DNA of 64,000 nucleotides from Thermoanaerobaculaceae bacterium. GTDB taxonomy: Bacteria; Acidobacteriota; Thermoanaerobaculia; Multivoradales; UBA5704. Shown here in pieces: positions 39,201-49,200 of this stretch; positions within the stretch are counted from its first letter, which is position 1, and every line of letters starts with the position of its first letter. The DNA lies in assembly GCA_963717295.1 (NCBI GenBank), contig OY970330.1:2248538-2312537 (forward strand), given 5' to 3'. Both the position numbers and the translations under genes were made by a program. The notes below the pieces were generated by a model. It was not told the origin of the DNA. It ran no database searches and saw nothing but the letters and a program-made list of their open reading frames with translations.

Positions 39201-41306
39201 GGCGGCCCCACGAGCTGGCAGGCCGTGATCACGACCCCCAGCGAGGACTACCGCGAGTTCCTGATCGAGTTCGGCGATTTCCAGCTCGGCTACGAGGAGA
39301 CCAGCAGCCAGATCCCCGATCCGCCCAGGGCCGTCAACCCGCCGGGGCGGCGGGAGGTCGGCCTGCCCGATCTGCTGGCCCGGCCGGTCCAGTGCCCGGG
39401 AGGCTTCGCCCCTCCCTGCCCGGAGCTGCTCTCGGCGGCCGACCCCGGCACGATGTCGGTCAACTACCGGCAGGAGCCGCTCGCTCTGCGCGTCCGCGAT
39501 CCGCAGACCAACGGCCAGGCCGCGGGCAATGCGGGCGACCTGTCGTACGCTTTCTCCTCCAACTACCTGCGGGCCGACAACGCCTTCAACAACCAGCCCA
39601 ACTTCTACACGCCGCTGACCGCGGACCTCAACGGTCGCGATCCCTGGACGCCGCTGCTGCGGGCTTATGAGAACGACCACGTGCAGATCCGTATCCTGGT
39701 CGGGGCGCACGAGGAGGGTCACAACTTCAGCGTGCACGGCATCAAGTGGCTGTTCGAGCCGTCGGAGCCCGACTCCGGCTATCGCAACAGCCAGATGATG
39801 GGCATCTCCGAGCACTTCGAGTTCATCATCCCCCAGCTCATCAAGAACCCTACCGGCGGCGCCGTGGACCGCCTCTACTCCGTGGGCTCCTCGACGGACG
39901 ACTACTGGAACGGTATCTGGGGTCTGCTGCGGGCCTACACCGGCCACCGGCAGGACCTCCAGGCGCTGGCGAGCAACCCCAACGGCCGCTCCGGCATCGA
40001 CCCGGGCCAGGTGGGGGCCTATGACTTCTCCTGCCCGAAGGACGCCCCCAGGCGGACCTTCAACGTCACCGCGGTGAACGCCTGGCAGCTCTTCGGCGGG
40101 CAACTCGTCTACAACTACCGGCAGGACGGCGCCTTCGGCAATCTCGTGGATCAGACGGGGATCGTCTACCTGCGGTCCGAGGACCTGCAGCCCGGGGGCT
40201 TCCTCCGGGGCTGGCCGACCAAGGAGCCCCTGATCCTGCGCGCCCGGGCCGGGGAGTGCATCGTCGTCAACCTGACGAACGGCATCCAGGATCCCGTGCT
40301 GGACGCCGACGGCTACAACGCGCTGCCCATGATCGTCGAGGGCTTCAACGCCAACGACGTTCACCCATCGCACAGCGTCGGCCTCCACCCCCAGCTTCTC
40401 TACTACGACGTCAGCCGCTACGACGGCGCCAACGTCGGCGGCAACTCGGTGCAGACCGCGCTGCCCGGCCATTCCACCACCTATGAGTGGTATGCCGGCG
40501 ACATCCGGATCAACCCGGACGGCACCGTCACCGCCACCCCCATCGAGCTCGGCGCCACCAACCTGATCTCTTCCGATCCCATCGAGCACGCGAGCAAGGG
40601 AGCGATCGGCGCCCTGATCGTCGAGCCGGCAGACGCCACCTGGACGGAGGACACCTACTCGCGGGCCGCGGCCACCGTCACCTCCCCGAGCCTGCCCGAG
40701 GGCTCCTTCCGGGAATTCGTCCTGCTGTTCCAGAACGACGTCAACATGACGATGGACGGCCAGCCGGTCAAGGATCTCGGCGGTCTCGAAGACCCGGAGG
40801 ACAGCGGCCAGAAGGCGATCAACTACCGCACCGAGCCGCTGTGGAAGCGCATGCAGAACGCACCCGAGACGCCGTTCACCCAGACGGACGACTTCCCCGA
40901 CTGGTTCAACGTGGTCTCCAACAGCAAGGTGGGCAACGCCTCCTATCAGTTCCCCACCGCCCATCCGGGAGACCCGTTCACCCCGGTCTTCACCGCCCAC
41001 GCCGGGCAGGCCGTCCGTTTCCGCCTGCTCCAGCCGGGCGGCCACAGCCGCAACATGGTCTTCGCCCTGCACGGCCACGTCTGGGACAAGGAGCCCTACG
41101 TCAACGCTTCCACCCGCCTCGGACGCAACGGCTTCTCCTTCTGGGAGGGCGCGCACATGGGGCTGGGGCCGAGCGGGCACTTCGACGTCCTGCTGCGCCA
41201 TGGCGCGGGCGGCAAGTCCTCCGTGACTGGGGATTTCCTGTTCCGCGACCAGGTATCCATGGGTTTCGACGACGGCCTGTGGGGAATCCTGCGGGTCGTG
41301 CCGTAA
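36225..41306 (+). CDS. Giant multicopper oxidase, MnxG-like (paralog 1)
   Basis: Signal peptide; HHIHHLHAHQW, FHCHFYPHFAEGM (type-1 Cu), QHIHLVKFD, FTHDH and FALHGH motifs; 1693 aa. Confidence 0.88.
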   Translation: MPSLFLCVRRHPPCASLLIVLTFLSLFTPPGAARAQTPGCARTLHADVVAFDQPFFWNRLGAMQPQGMIYALRRDVCGEVCQSGSCWDACNVNTLTPGKVWLRSDKRPRPIVLRMNVGDCLRIDFQNLLAPTRRDDEQPATRWASIHAIGLELQTIAGDGSFVGENASSLVDVGQSTTYFLAAPDREGEHVLFSAGATNGGEGDGGSTNSGLFGALNVEPAGARWFRSQVAQSDFAQAKTGDAEFGLPILDYEARYPVGHPRAGTPVLDMLDGTEIVHTDLTALITGSEPNPDITSGLDSPAESGGTQPGWFPPGTFPPNLYTYPEREQPFREFTILYHGETGAVQAFSDFEQPALKHTLDSGRDNFAINYGSAGIGAEVLANRFGVGPQGQCTECKFEEFFLSSWSVGDPAMVVDVPANAPCGDPRNGVACAPSPGAKATKAFYPDDPSNVYHSYLRDHVRFRVLHAGTKEHHIHHLHAHQWLFTADSDKSSYLDSQAIGPGNSFSAEIAHEGGGNLNLTPGDSIFHCHFYPHFAEGMWSLWRVHDVFESGTPLDADGRPAQGSRALPDGEIAAGTPIPAVVPLPEKPMAPVPEAAVQIVNGQAQVSGQGNPGYPFFVPGLGGHRPPHPPLDTIDDGGLPRHRIDGGTFNEAHTRLDFHKTLERAVVTGVPENGTPVEQAAMTYHAMREHQSCLPNGVCDELAALFPCDPCWPPGSCDCPPPPPQTVVKFITNGLPPVAGAPYADPCEDVDGNPVGNPRLYKAADIQDDVKLNKKGWHFPQQRFLSLWQDVNAYLSPAAGQLKKPPEPLFFRANTQDCIQYQLTNLVPNETQLDDFQVRTPTDVIGQHIHLVKFDVTASDGAANGFNYEDGSFSPDEVRERVAAIRLQYGCTANDPRNGSLPCPVARPHPFFGSGPNGRWVGAQTTVQRWLADPVLDNQGHDRTLRTVFTHDHMSPSTHQQAGLYAGLVIEPQGSTWVHNETGTPFYTRPDGGPTSWQAVITTPSEDYREFLIEFGDFQLGYEETSSQIPDPPRAVNPPGRREVGLPDLLARPVQCPGGFAPPCPELLSAADPGTMSVNYRQEPLALRVRDPQTNGQAAGNAGDLSYAFSSNYLRADNAFNNQPNFYTPLTADLNGRDPWTPLLRAYENDHVQIRILVGAHEEGHNFSVHGIKWLFEPSEPDSGYRNSQMMGISEHFEFIIPQLIKNPTGGAVDRLYSVGSSTDDYWNGIWGLLRAYTGHRQDLQALASNPNGRSGIDPGQVGAYDFSCPKDAPRRTFNVTAVNAWQLFGGQLVYNYRQDGAFGNLVDQTGIVYLRSEDLQPGGFLRGWPTKEPLILRARAGECIVVNLTNGIQDPVLDADGYNALPMIVEGFNANDVHPSHSVGLHPQLLYYDVSRYDGANVGGNSVQTALPGHSTTYEWYAGDIRINPDGTVTATPIELGATNLISSDPIEHASKGAIGALIVEPADATWTEDTYSRAAATVTSPSLPEGSFREFVLLFQNDVNMTMDGQPVKDLGGLEDPEDSGQKAINYRTEPLWKRMQNAPETPFTQTDDFPDWFNVVSNSKVGNASYQFPTAHPGDPFTPVFTAHAGQAVRFRLLQPGGHSRNMVFALHGHVWDKEPYVNASTRLGRNGFSFWEGAHMGLGPSGHFDVLLRHGAGGKSSVTGDFLFRDQVSMGFDDGLWGILRVVP

Positions 41307-41316
41307 GCCGGGCCTC

Positions 41317-41362
41317 GATTACAGCCCCTGGCTGCCCGTCACGGCGGCCAGGGGCTGTAATC
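41317..41362 (+). terminator. Strong hairpin after MCO paralog 1
   Basis: GATTACAGCCCCTGGCTGCC...GGCGGCCAGGGGCTGTAATC; no U-tract. Confidence 0.55.
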
Positions 41363-41440
41363 CTGCGGTAAGGAAGGCCCCGTTATCTTCTCGCTTGCAA
41401 CACCTACGATGCGATCTCGGTGCGGACAAGGAGCGGACTC

Positions 41441-43435
41441 ATGACGAAGCAAAACATGCAGCTCATACCCCGAAGCTTTACCGGCCGCCGGAGCGGACTC
41501 CTCCTCGCGGCCCTCTTGATCCTGGCAGCCGGAGGCTCCCTGAAGGCGGCCGAGCCAGCCGGCAAGCCCGGGGATCAGACCCGGCAGGGCGATCAGAAGA
41601 AGGTCCAGGACGGCCTCTCGGTCGAGGTCAACATCTTGCCGGCGGACGGCAAGCCCGGCCTGGTCCGCGAAGGGCAGGAGGCGCGGATCAGCCTCAAGAT
41701 CACCGACAAGCTCACCGGCACCCCGCTGACCGGGCTCTACCCCGGCGGCTGGATGGACCGCGCCGGAGCTCACAAGGCCGCGGGACAGGACATCCCCGCC
41801 GACTGCAAGAAGAAGATCGAGGCGTTCATCGGCGGCTCCATGCTCTCCCGCCCCGAGCTCGACCTGAACACCTACTACGTGCTGGCCCTCAACGAGGACG
41901 CCACGATCTCGGTCGTCGATCCCCTCTTCGGCTACGGCAACAGCAAGCTGCTGACCATGGTCTTCCTGAAGAGCCCCGGCGAGGACTGGGTGCTGTCGGC
42001 GGACGGCGAGCGGCTGTTCGTCTCCATGCCCGGAGCCGGCAGCGTCGCCGTGGTGGACGCCTCGAGCTGGAAGGTCCTGGCGGAGATCGCGACCGGCCCC
42101 CATCCGCGCCGCCTCGCCCTCCAGCCGGACGGCCAGTACCTCTGGACGGCGACCGACACCGGCGTCTCCGTGCTCGATGCCCGCAACCCGCGCAAAGTGG
42201 CGGACATCGCGACCGGCAAGGGCGCCCACGACCTGGCCTTCAGCGACGACAGCCGCTTCGCCTTCGTCACCAACGAGACGGACGGCACGGCCTCGGTCGT
42301 CGACACCGGCAGGCTCGCGAAGCTGCGCGACGTGAAGGTGGGCGTGCGGCCCGTGTCCCTCGCCTGGTCGAGCCAGGCCAAGGCGGTCTACGTCACCACG
42401 GCGGGCGATGCCGGCGGTGGCGCGATCGTCGTCGTCGACGGCAAGAGCCCGAAGCCGGTGGCCCGCATGGCCTCGACTCCCGGCCTCGGGCAGATCCGCT
42501 TCGCTCCCGGCGGCCGCCTAGCCTTCGTCGTCCATCCCAACGAGAACGCCATCCACATCGTCGACGCGGCGAGCAACCGCATCATCCAGACGGCCGACGT
42601 CGAGAAGGAACCGGACCAGGTGGCCTTCAGCGACGAGCTCGCCTACGTCCGCCACCGCGGCAGCGAGACGGTGCTCATGATTCCCCTGAAGACGGTGGGC
42701 GAGCCCGGCAAGCCGGTCGCCGTGGTCGACTTCCCCGGCGGCCAGCATCCGCCCGGCCGCATGCCGCGGCCGACTCCGGCGGCCGGCATCGTCCAGGCCC
42801 CCGGCTCCAGCGCCGTGCTGGTGTCCAACTCCGAGGACCAGGTGATCTACTTCTACAAGGAAGGCATGGCGGCCCCCATGGGGCACTTCAACAACTATGG
42901 CAAGCAGCCGCTGGCCACCCTGGTGGTGGACCGCAGCCTGCGCGAGGTCAAGCCGGGGGTCTACGAGACCACGGCGAGGATGGCCGCCGCCGGCGACTAC
43001 GACCTGGCGCTGTTCGTCGACGCTCCCAAGCTGGTGCAGTGCTTCCCGGTGAAGATCGCGGCGGACCCGGCGCTGGCCGCCGCCCGCAAGCCGGTTCTGG
43101 GCGTCGAGCCGGTCGGCGCCCCGGGCAAGGTGGCCGTCGGCGCCGAGGTGGCGGTCCGCTTCAAGCTCACCGACCCCGCCAGCGGCGCGGCCCGCGCCGG
43201 CCTTCGGGACGTGCGCATGCTGACCTTCCTCGCGCCGGGCCTCTGGCAGGAGCGCCAGTGGGCCACCGAGGTCGGCCAGGGCGTCTACGAGATCCGTTTC
43301 AAGCCGCCCCAGGAGGGCATCTACTACGTTTTCGTCGAGGTGGCCTCGGCGGGATTGTCGTTCCAGAAATCGCCGTATATGGTTCTCACCGCGGAGACCC
43401 GAGCCACCCCGGCTTCCCAGGAAGGAACACGCTGA
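41441..43435 (+). CDS. Secreted YncE/cytochrome d1-like beta-propeller protein with C-terminal Ig-like (YtkA-like) domain
   Basis: RBS AAGGAG; repeated blades (IATGPHP..LALQPDG; IATGKGAHDLAFSDD); EVGQGVYEIRF..EGIYYVF. Confidence 0.8.
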   Translation: MTKQNMQLIPRSFTGRRSGLLLAALLILAAGGSLKAAEPAGKPGDQTRQGDQKKVQDGLSVEVNILPADGKPGLVREGQEARISLKITDKLTGTPLTGLYPGGWMDRAGAHKAAGQDIPADCKKKIEAFIGGSMLSRPELDLNTYYVLALNEDATISVVDPLFGYGNSKLLTMVFLKSPGEDWVLSADGERLFVSMPGAGSVAVVDASSWKVLAEIATGPHPRRLALQPDGQYLWTATDTGVSVLDARNPRKVADIATGKGAHDLAFSDDSRFAFVTNETDGTASVVDTGRLAKLRDVKVGVRPVSLAWSSQAKAVYVTTAGDAGGGAIVVVDGKSPKPVARMASTPGLGQIRFAPGGRLAFVVHPNENAIHIVDAASNRIIQTADVEKEPDQVAFSDELAYVRHRGSETVLMIPLKTVGEPGKPVAVVDFPGGQHPPGRMPRPTPAAGIVQAPGSSAVLVSNSEDQVIYFYKEGMAAPMGHFNNYGKQPLATLVVDRSLREVKPGVYETTARMAAAGDYDLALFVDAPKLVQCFPVKIAADPALAAARKPVLGVEPVGAPGKVAVGAEVAVRFKLTDPASGAARAGLRDVRMLTFLAPGLWQERQWATEVGQGVYEIRFKPPQEGIYYVFVEVASAGLSFQKSPYMVLTAETRATPASQEGTR

Positions 43436-43436
43436 A

Positions 43437-44042
43437 ATGAAGACCCTGAATGTATCCCTGGTGTCCCTGGCGCTCTTTCTCGCCGTGGGTCTCCTGCCCG
43501 CCCCCGTCCAGGCGGCGCCGCCGGAGGTCCAGCCGCTCGAGGGCGCCAATGTCCCCAAGATCCCCGACGTGCCGCTGGTCGACCAGGACGGCAAACCGGT
43601 GCATTTCTACTCCGACCTGGTGAAGGGCAAGACGGTGGCGATGAACTTCGTCTTCACCTCCTGCACCACCATCTGCCCGCCGATGGGGGCCAACTTCGCC
43701 AAGCTCCAGAAGCTCACGGCCGGCAAGAACGTCCACCTGATCTCCATCTCCATCGATCCGGCGGTCGACAACCCCCAGAGCCTGAAGGCCTGGGCCGCCA
43801 AGTTCGGCGCCGGCCCCGGCTGGACGCTGGTCACCGGCGACCGCAACGAGGTCATCCGCCTGCTCAAGGCGCTCGGCGTCTATACCGCGGCCATCACCGA
43901 GCACACGCCTCTCGTGCTGCTCGGCAACGAACAGGGCCACCGCTGGACGCGGGCCTACGGCCTCGCGGCTCCCGCCAAGCTGGCCGAGCTGCTCGATCAG
44001 ATGTCCCCCGCGGCCGTCGCGAAACAGGAGACCCGCCCATGA
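43437..44042 (+). CDS. SCO1/SenC copper chaperone
   Basis: FTSCTTICP, ISISIDP and conserved His (EHT). Confidence 0.92.
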   Translation: MKTLNVSLVSLALFLAVGLLPAPVQAAPPEVQPLEGANVPKIPDVPLVDQDGKPVHFYSDLVKGKTVAMNFVFTSCTTICPPMGANFAKLQKLTAGKNVHLISISIDPAVDNPQSLKAWAAKFGAGPGWTLVTGDRNEVIRLLKALGVYTAAITEHTPLVLLGNEQGHRWTRAYGLAAPAKLAELLDQMSPAAVAKQETRP

Positions 44043-44623
44043 GAGGCCTCGCCATCGCCATCGCCATCGTCCTCGGCCTGACGGCCCTCGCCACCGCCAC
44101 CGCCGCCGGAGCTCAAGCGGCGGCCGCGTCTCCCGGCCAGAAATACTTCGGCGACATCAAGCTGCTGAACCAGGACGGCCAGGAGATGAATCTCTACTCC
44201 GACCTGATGCGGGGCCGGACGGTGGTCATCAACGTCATGTTCACCACCTGCACCGGCGCCTGCCCGGTGATGAGCGCCACCATCGAGAAGATCCAGACTC
44301 ATCTCGGCGACCGGGTGGGCAAGGACGTGCGCCTGGTCTCGATCTCCGTCGACCCGGTCCACGACACGCCCGCCAAGCTCAAGGAGTACGCGGCGCGCTT
44401 CCACGCCAAGCCGGGCTGGGTCTTCCTCACCGGCTCGAAGACCGATGTCGAGTCCGCCCTGCGCAAGCTCGGCCAGTGGGTGGACGATCCGTCGGACCAC
44501 CAGACCCTCTTCCTGATCGGCAACGACCGCACGGGACTGTGGAAAAAAGCCTTCGCCCTGGCGCCCACCGACCAGATCTTCCCCGTCGTCGACAGCGTCG
44601 TCGACGACAAGGGGCAGGGATGA
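44039..44623 (+). CDS. SCO1/SenC copper chaperone
   Basis: FTTCTGACP, SISVDPVHDTP, WVFLTG and DHQ; ATGA overlap with the previous gene. Confidence 0.92.
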   Translation: MRGLAIAIAIVLGLTALATATAAGAQAAAASPGQKYFGDIKLLNQDGQEMNLYSDLMRGRTVVINVMFTTCTGACPVMSATIEKIQTHLGDRVGKDVRLVSISVDPVHDTPAKLKEYAARFHAKPGWVFLTGSKTDVESALRKLGQWVDDPSDHQTLFLIGNDRTGLWKKAFALAPTDQIFPVVDSVVDDKGQG

Positions 44624-46104
44624 CCTCTCCCTGGGGCGGCCACCGCCGCCGCCCCGCCGTCGTCCTATCCGTCTTATCCGTCCTATCCGTCCTATCCGTC
44701 CGCCCCGCGTCCCCCGAAGACGCCAAGAGCCAAGTCCAGCGCGGCCGGCAGATCTATCTCGAGGGCACCAGCCCTTCGGGCGGCACGATCATCGCCGTGA
44801 TGAGCGATGCCGGCGTCGAAGTGCCCGCCTCGGCCGTGCCCTGCGGCGGCTGCCATGGCCGCGACGGCAAAGGCAACCCGGAAGGCGGCGTCTCGCCGTC
44901 GGACCTCACCTGGACGGCGCTCACCCGGCCCTACGGCGTCACGCACCCGGGAGGCCGCAAGCATCCGCCCTACGACAACAAGCTCCTCAAGCGGGCGATC
45001 GCCCTGGGGATCGATCCGGCGGGCACCGCGCTGCACGTGGCGATGCCCCGGTACCGCATGAGCCTGAAGGACATGGACGACCTGCTCGCCTACCTGCGTC
45101 AGCTCGGCACCGGCACCGACCCCGGGGTGAGCGACACCGCGGTGCGGATCGGCGTCGTGCTCCCCCCGGCCGGCCCCCTCTCCGGGCTGGGCAAGGCGGT
45201 GCGCGCCGCTCTCACGGCGAGATTCGAAACCGTCAACAAGGACGGCGGGATCTACGGCCGCCGCCTCGAACCGCGCTTCTTCGAGGGCCGCGTGCCCGCC
45301 GATCAGCGACGCGGCTGGACCTCCGACTTCCTCCAGCGCGAGGAGGTGTTCGCCGGTCTATCTCCCTTCTTCTCCGGCGCCGAGGCCGAGATGGCCTCCC
45401 TGTTCCAGGAGAAGCAGATCCCGGTGGTGGGGCCGTTCACCCTTCACCCCAGCGAGGCGTTCCCGCTCAACCGCTACGTCTTCTACCTCCTGCCGGGCAT
45501 TGAGGCGCAGGAGAAGGCGCTGACCCGCTTCGCCCACGGCGCCGGATGGCCGGCCCCGGCCCGGCTGGCGGCATTGGACCTTGGCGAGGTGAAGCGCCTG
45601 GCGGCCGAGAAGACGGAGTCCCTCCTCTTCCCCGGCTCGGGCGCCGAGGCCCTGGCGCTGCTGCGGGAGGCGGACCGCCTCGGCTGGCATCCCCGCCTGC
45701 TCGTCACCGGCGCCGCGGCGGACGAGGCCCTCTTCGGCGCGCCCTCAGACTTCGAGGGCAGGATCTTCGTCGCCCTCCCCTCGCCGCCGGGCGGTCCGGA
45801 GGGCGAGGCCGCGGCGGCCTACCGCTCCCTCGGCCCCCTGCCGGCGGACAGCCTCTCCGCCCAGTGGGCCGCCCTGGGAGCCGCCGAGGTGCTGATCGAG
45901 GGCATGAAGCGCGCCGGCCGCGATCTCAGCCGCGAGAGGCTGGTGGACCAGCTCGAAGGCCTCCGCGCTTTCGCCACCGGCTACTCGCCGCCGGTCACCT
46001 ACGGCCCCGCCCGCCGCCTGGGGGCGCGCGGCGCCTACGTGATGAGGCTCGACCTGAAGGCGAAGAGCTTCGTGCCCCAGAGCGGCTGGGTGGAAGCGGA
46101 ATAA
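44620..46104 (+). CDS. Cytochrome c / periplasmic binding protein (Peripla_BP_6-like) fusion
   Basis: CGGCHG heme motif with distal MPRY; VRIGVVLP..GP..G..NKDGGIYGRRL; ATGA overlap. Confidence 0.85.
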   Translation: MTSPWGGHRRRPAVVLSVLSVLSVLSVRPASPEDAKSQVQRGRQIYLEGTSPSGGTIIAVMSDAGVEVPASAVPCGGCHGRDGKGNPEGGVSPSDLTWTALTRPYGVTHPGGRKHPPYDNKLLKRAIALGIDPAGTALHVAMPRYRMSLKDMDDLLAYLRQLGTGTDPGVSDTAVRIGVVLPPAGPLSGLGKAVRAALTARFETVNKDGGIYGRRLEPRFFEGRVPADQRRGWTSDFLQREEVFAGLSPFFSGAEAEMASLFQEKQIPVVGPFTLHPSEAFPLNRYVFYLLPGIEAQEKALTRFAHGAGWPAPARLAALDLGEVKRLAAEKTESLLFPGSGAEALALLREADRLGWHPRLLVTGAAADEALFGAPSDFEGRIFVALPSPPGGPEGEAAAAYRSLGPLPADSLSAQWAALGAAEVLIEGMKRAGRDLSRERLVDQLEGLRAFATGYSPPVTYGPARRLGARGAYVMRLDLKAKSFVPQSGWVEAE

Positions 46105-46240
46105 AAAAGATTTTTGTCCGTCCGTTCCTGTAATCCCGCCGTAAGGTTCCCTTCTCTACTCTCTCCTCAGTTCTGCTGTACCCAGCACCGGCAAATCGAA
46201 GAGCCATGGGGCTCTTGGCCAATCAAGGAGGAGAATAGAG

Positions 46241-49200
46241 ATGGGAACGCAACGTCGTCTTTTGTCCGTAGGATTCGCGACCCTGGGCCTGGCCCTGCTG
46301 GGCGCGGTATCCGCTCATGGCCAGGCGGCCCCGGCCGGCTGTGCCGCGGTGACCTATGCCAACGTCGTCGCCCTCGACCAGCCCTGGTCGTGGAACCGTT
46401 TTGGAGCGATCGAGCCGCAGGGCATGATGTATGCCCTGCGCCGCGACGTGGTCCCCACCTCCGATGTGGACGGCCTGCCGGATGCCAACGTGGTCTACAC
46501 TCTCAACGCCGGACAGGTGGCGCTGCGCCGCGACAAGCGGCCCCGGCCGCTGGTGCTGCGCGTCAACGCCGGCGACTGCCTGCACATCCTGTTCACCAAC
46601 CTGCTGACGCCGGGTCCGGTGACGAGCGACCGCGACGAGCAGCCGGCCACCCGCAACGCCTCCATGCACTTCGTGGGGCTGGAAGCCGTGAAGTCGATCT
46701 CCGACATGGGGGCCAACGTCGGCAAGAATCCGCCGGCCGGCAACGGCATCGTCGCCCCCAACGGCAGCATCGAATACTGGTTGTATGCCCCCAAAGAGGG
46801 CACCTACACTTTCTACAGCACCGGCGCCATGACCGGCGGCGAAGGCGACAGCGGCAGCATATCCGCCGGCCTTTTCGGCGCCGTCAACGTCGAGCCCGCG
46901 GGATCGGTCTGGTATCGCAGCCAGGTAACCCGCGACGACCTCAACCTGGCTCGCACCGATAAATACGACAACGCCCAGGACAGCTTTCCCACCATCGACT
47001 ACAACGCGACCTACAAGGCTCCCAGCCGCTATGTCGGCCTGCCCATCCTGCTGATGACGAAGGGCAACGAGATCGTTCACTCCGACCTCACCGCCATCAT
47101 CGCCGGGCCGGCGTCGTCGGGCTATCTGTTGAGCGGCGTGACCAGCACCAATACCTATCCCAACCGCAACCAGCCCTTCCGCGAGTTCAGCATCATATTC
47201 CACGATGAGATCGGCGCCGTGCAGGCGTTCCCGCAGTTCGAGACCGACGATCTCAACTTTACATTGCGCAGCGTGCGCGACGCCTTCGCCATCAACTACG
47301 GCACCGGCGGCGCCGGCGCCGAGATCCTGGCCAACCGCGTCGGCGTCGGCCCGGCCCGCGACTGCCCGGAGTGCAAGTACGAAGAGTTCTTCCTCTCCTC
47401 CTGGGCGCTGGGCGACCCCGCCATGGTGGTCGACAAGCCGGCCAATGCTCCCTGCACCGCGGCGGACATCAAGAATGCCAAGCTCGGCTGCTATACGACC
47501 GGCACCAAGGCCTCCATCGCCTACTATCCGGACGATCCGTCGAACGTTTATCACAGCTATCTTTCCGATCACGTGAAGTTCCGCAACAACCACGCGGGCA
47601 GCGACGATCACCACATTTTCCACCTGCACGCCCACCAGTGGGTGCACACCCCGAACAGCGACCTGTCGTCCTACAAGGACAGCCAGTCGATCGGCCAGGG
47701 CGCGGGCTACACCTACGAGATCGCCTACGGCGGCACCGGCAACCGCAACAAGACGGTGGGCGATTCGATCTTCCACTGCCATTTCTATCCCCACTTCGCA
47801 CAGGGCATGTGGAGCCTCTGGCGCGCCCACGACGTGCTCGAGCTGGGCACCCGGCTGGATGACAAAGGCCACCCGGTCGCCGGCTCGCGAGCCCTGCCCG
47901 ACAACGAGATCGTGACCGGCACCCCCATTCCGGCGATCGTTCCCATTCCCGTGCTCGCCATGGCGCCGCTGCCGGGGCCGGTGTCGATCGTCGCCGGCCA
48001 GGCGGTGCTGCCCAACCCGGTGACCGCCAACCCCGGCTATCCGTTCTTCGTCCCGGGCGTCGCCGGCCGCCGCGCGCCTCACCCGCCGAAGGACTTCGCG
48101 ACCGTCGGCGGCGTGCCGATCGATGGTGGCCTGCCCCGCCACGTCGTGCTCAACGGCACGGCGCTCAGCGCCGAAACCCGCTACGACATGGAAAAGATCA
48201 TCACGACGGCGAACGTCCGCTGGCTCAACGAGCAGGGCGAACCGGTCGAGCAGGTGGCGATGGGCTTCCACTCCACCGCCAACCACAACACCTTCACACC
48301 GCTCGGCGCGGCCGCGATCTTCAAGACCAACGGCCATCCGGCCAAGCAAGGCGCTCCCTACGCCGATCCCTGTTGGGATGACAACGGCAACCCGATCACC
48401 GACATGCGCTACTACAAAGCTGCGGACATGCAGCTCGACATCAAGTTCAACAAAGCGGGCTGGCACTTCCCGCAGTCGCGGATCCTCGCGCTGTGGGGCG
48501 ACGTCAACAGCCTGCTGGCCGGCACCAAGGCGCCGGAGCCGTTCTTCTTCCGCGCCAACAGCGGCCAGTGCATCGAGTTCTGGCACACCAACCTGGTGCC
48601 CAACAAGTACGTGCTCGACGACTTCCAGGTGACGACGCCGACCGACGTCCTGGGCCAGCACATCCACCTGGTGAAATTCGACGTCACCTCGTCGGACGGC
48701 AGCGGCAACGGCTGGAACTACGAGGACGGCTCCTTCGGCGGCGAAGAGGTGCAGGAACGCATCTGCGCCATCCGGCAAGCGCAGCCCGGCCGCTGCGGCG
48801 AAGCGGTCGCCGGCAAATGCACCTTCGGTGGAGTCGCGACGCAGAGCTGCCCGGTGCCCAAGACCCACCCATTCTTCAATCAGGCGAGGAACGCGGACTG
48901 CGACGATCACGACGACTTCCTGGGCGCCCAGACGACGGTCCAGCGCTGGTGGGCCGACCCCATCACCAACCTCGACAACAGCAAGCGCACGCTGCGCACC
49001 GTCTTCACCCACGACCACTTCGGCCCCTCGACCCATCAGCAGGCAGGCCTCTACGCCGGCCTCATCATCGAGCCCCCTGGAACGACCTGGTACAACAACG
49101 AAACCGGCGTGCAGCTCGGCACCAACAGCGGCCCCGGCCTGTCCAACGACGGCGGCCCCACCACCTGGCAGGCGGTCGTCGAAGGCGCCGCCCGCAAGGA

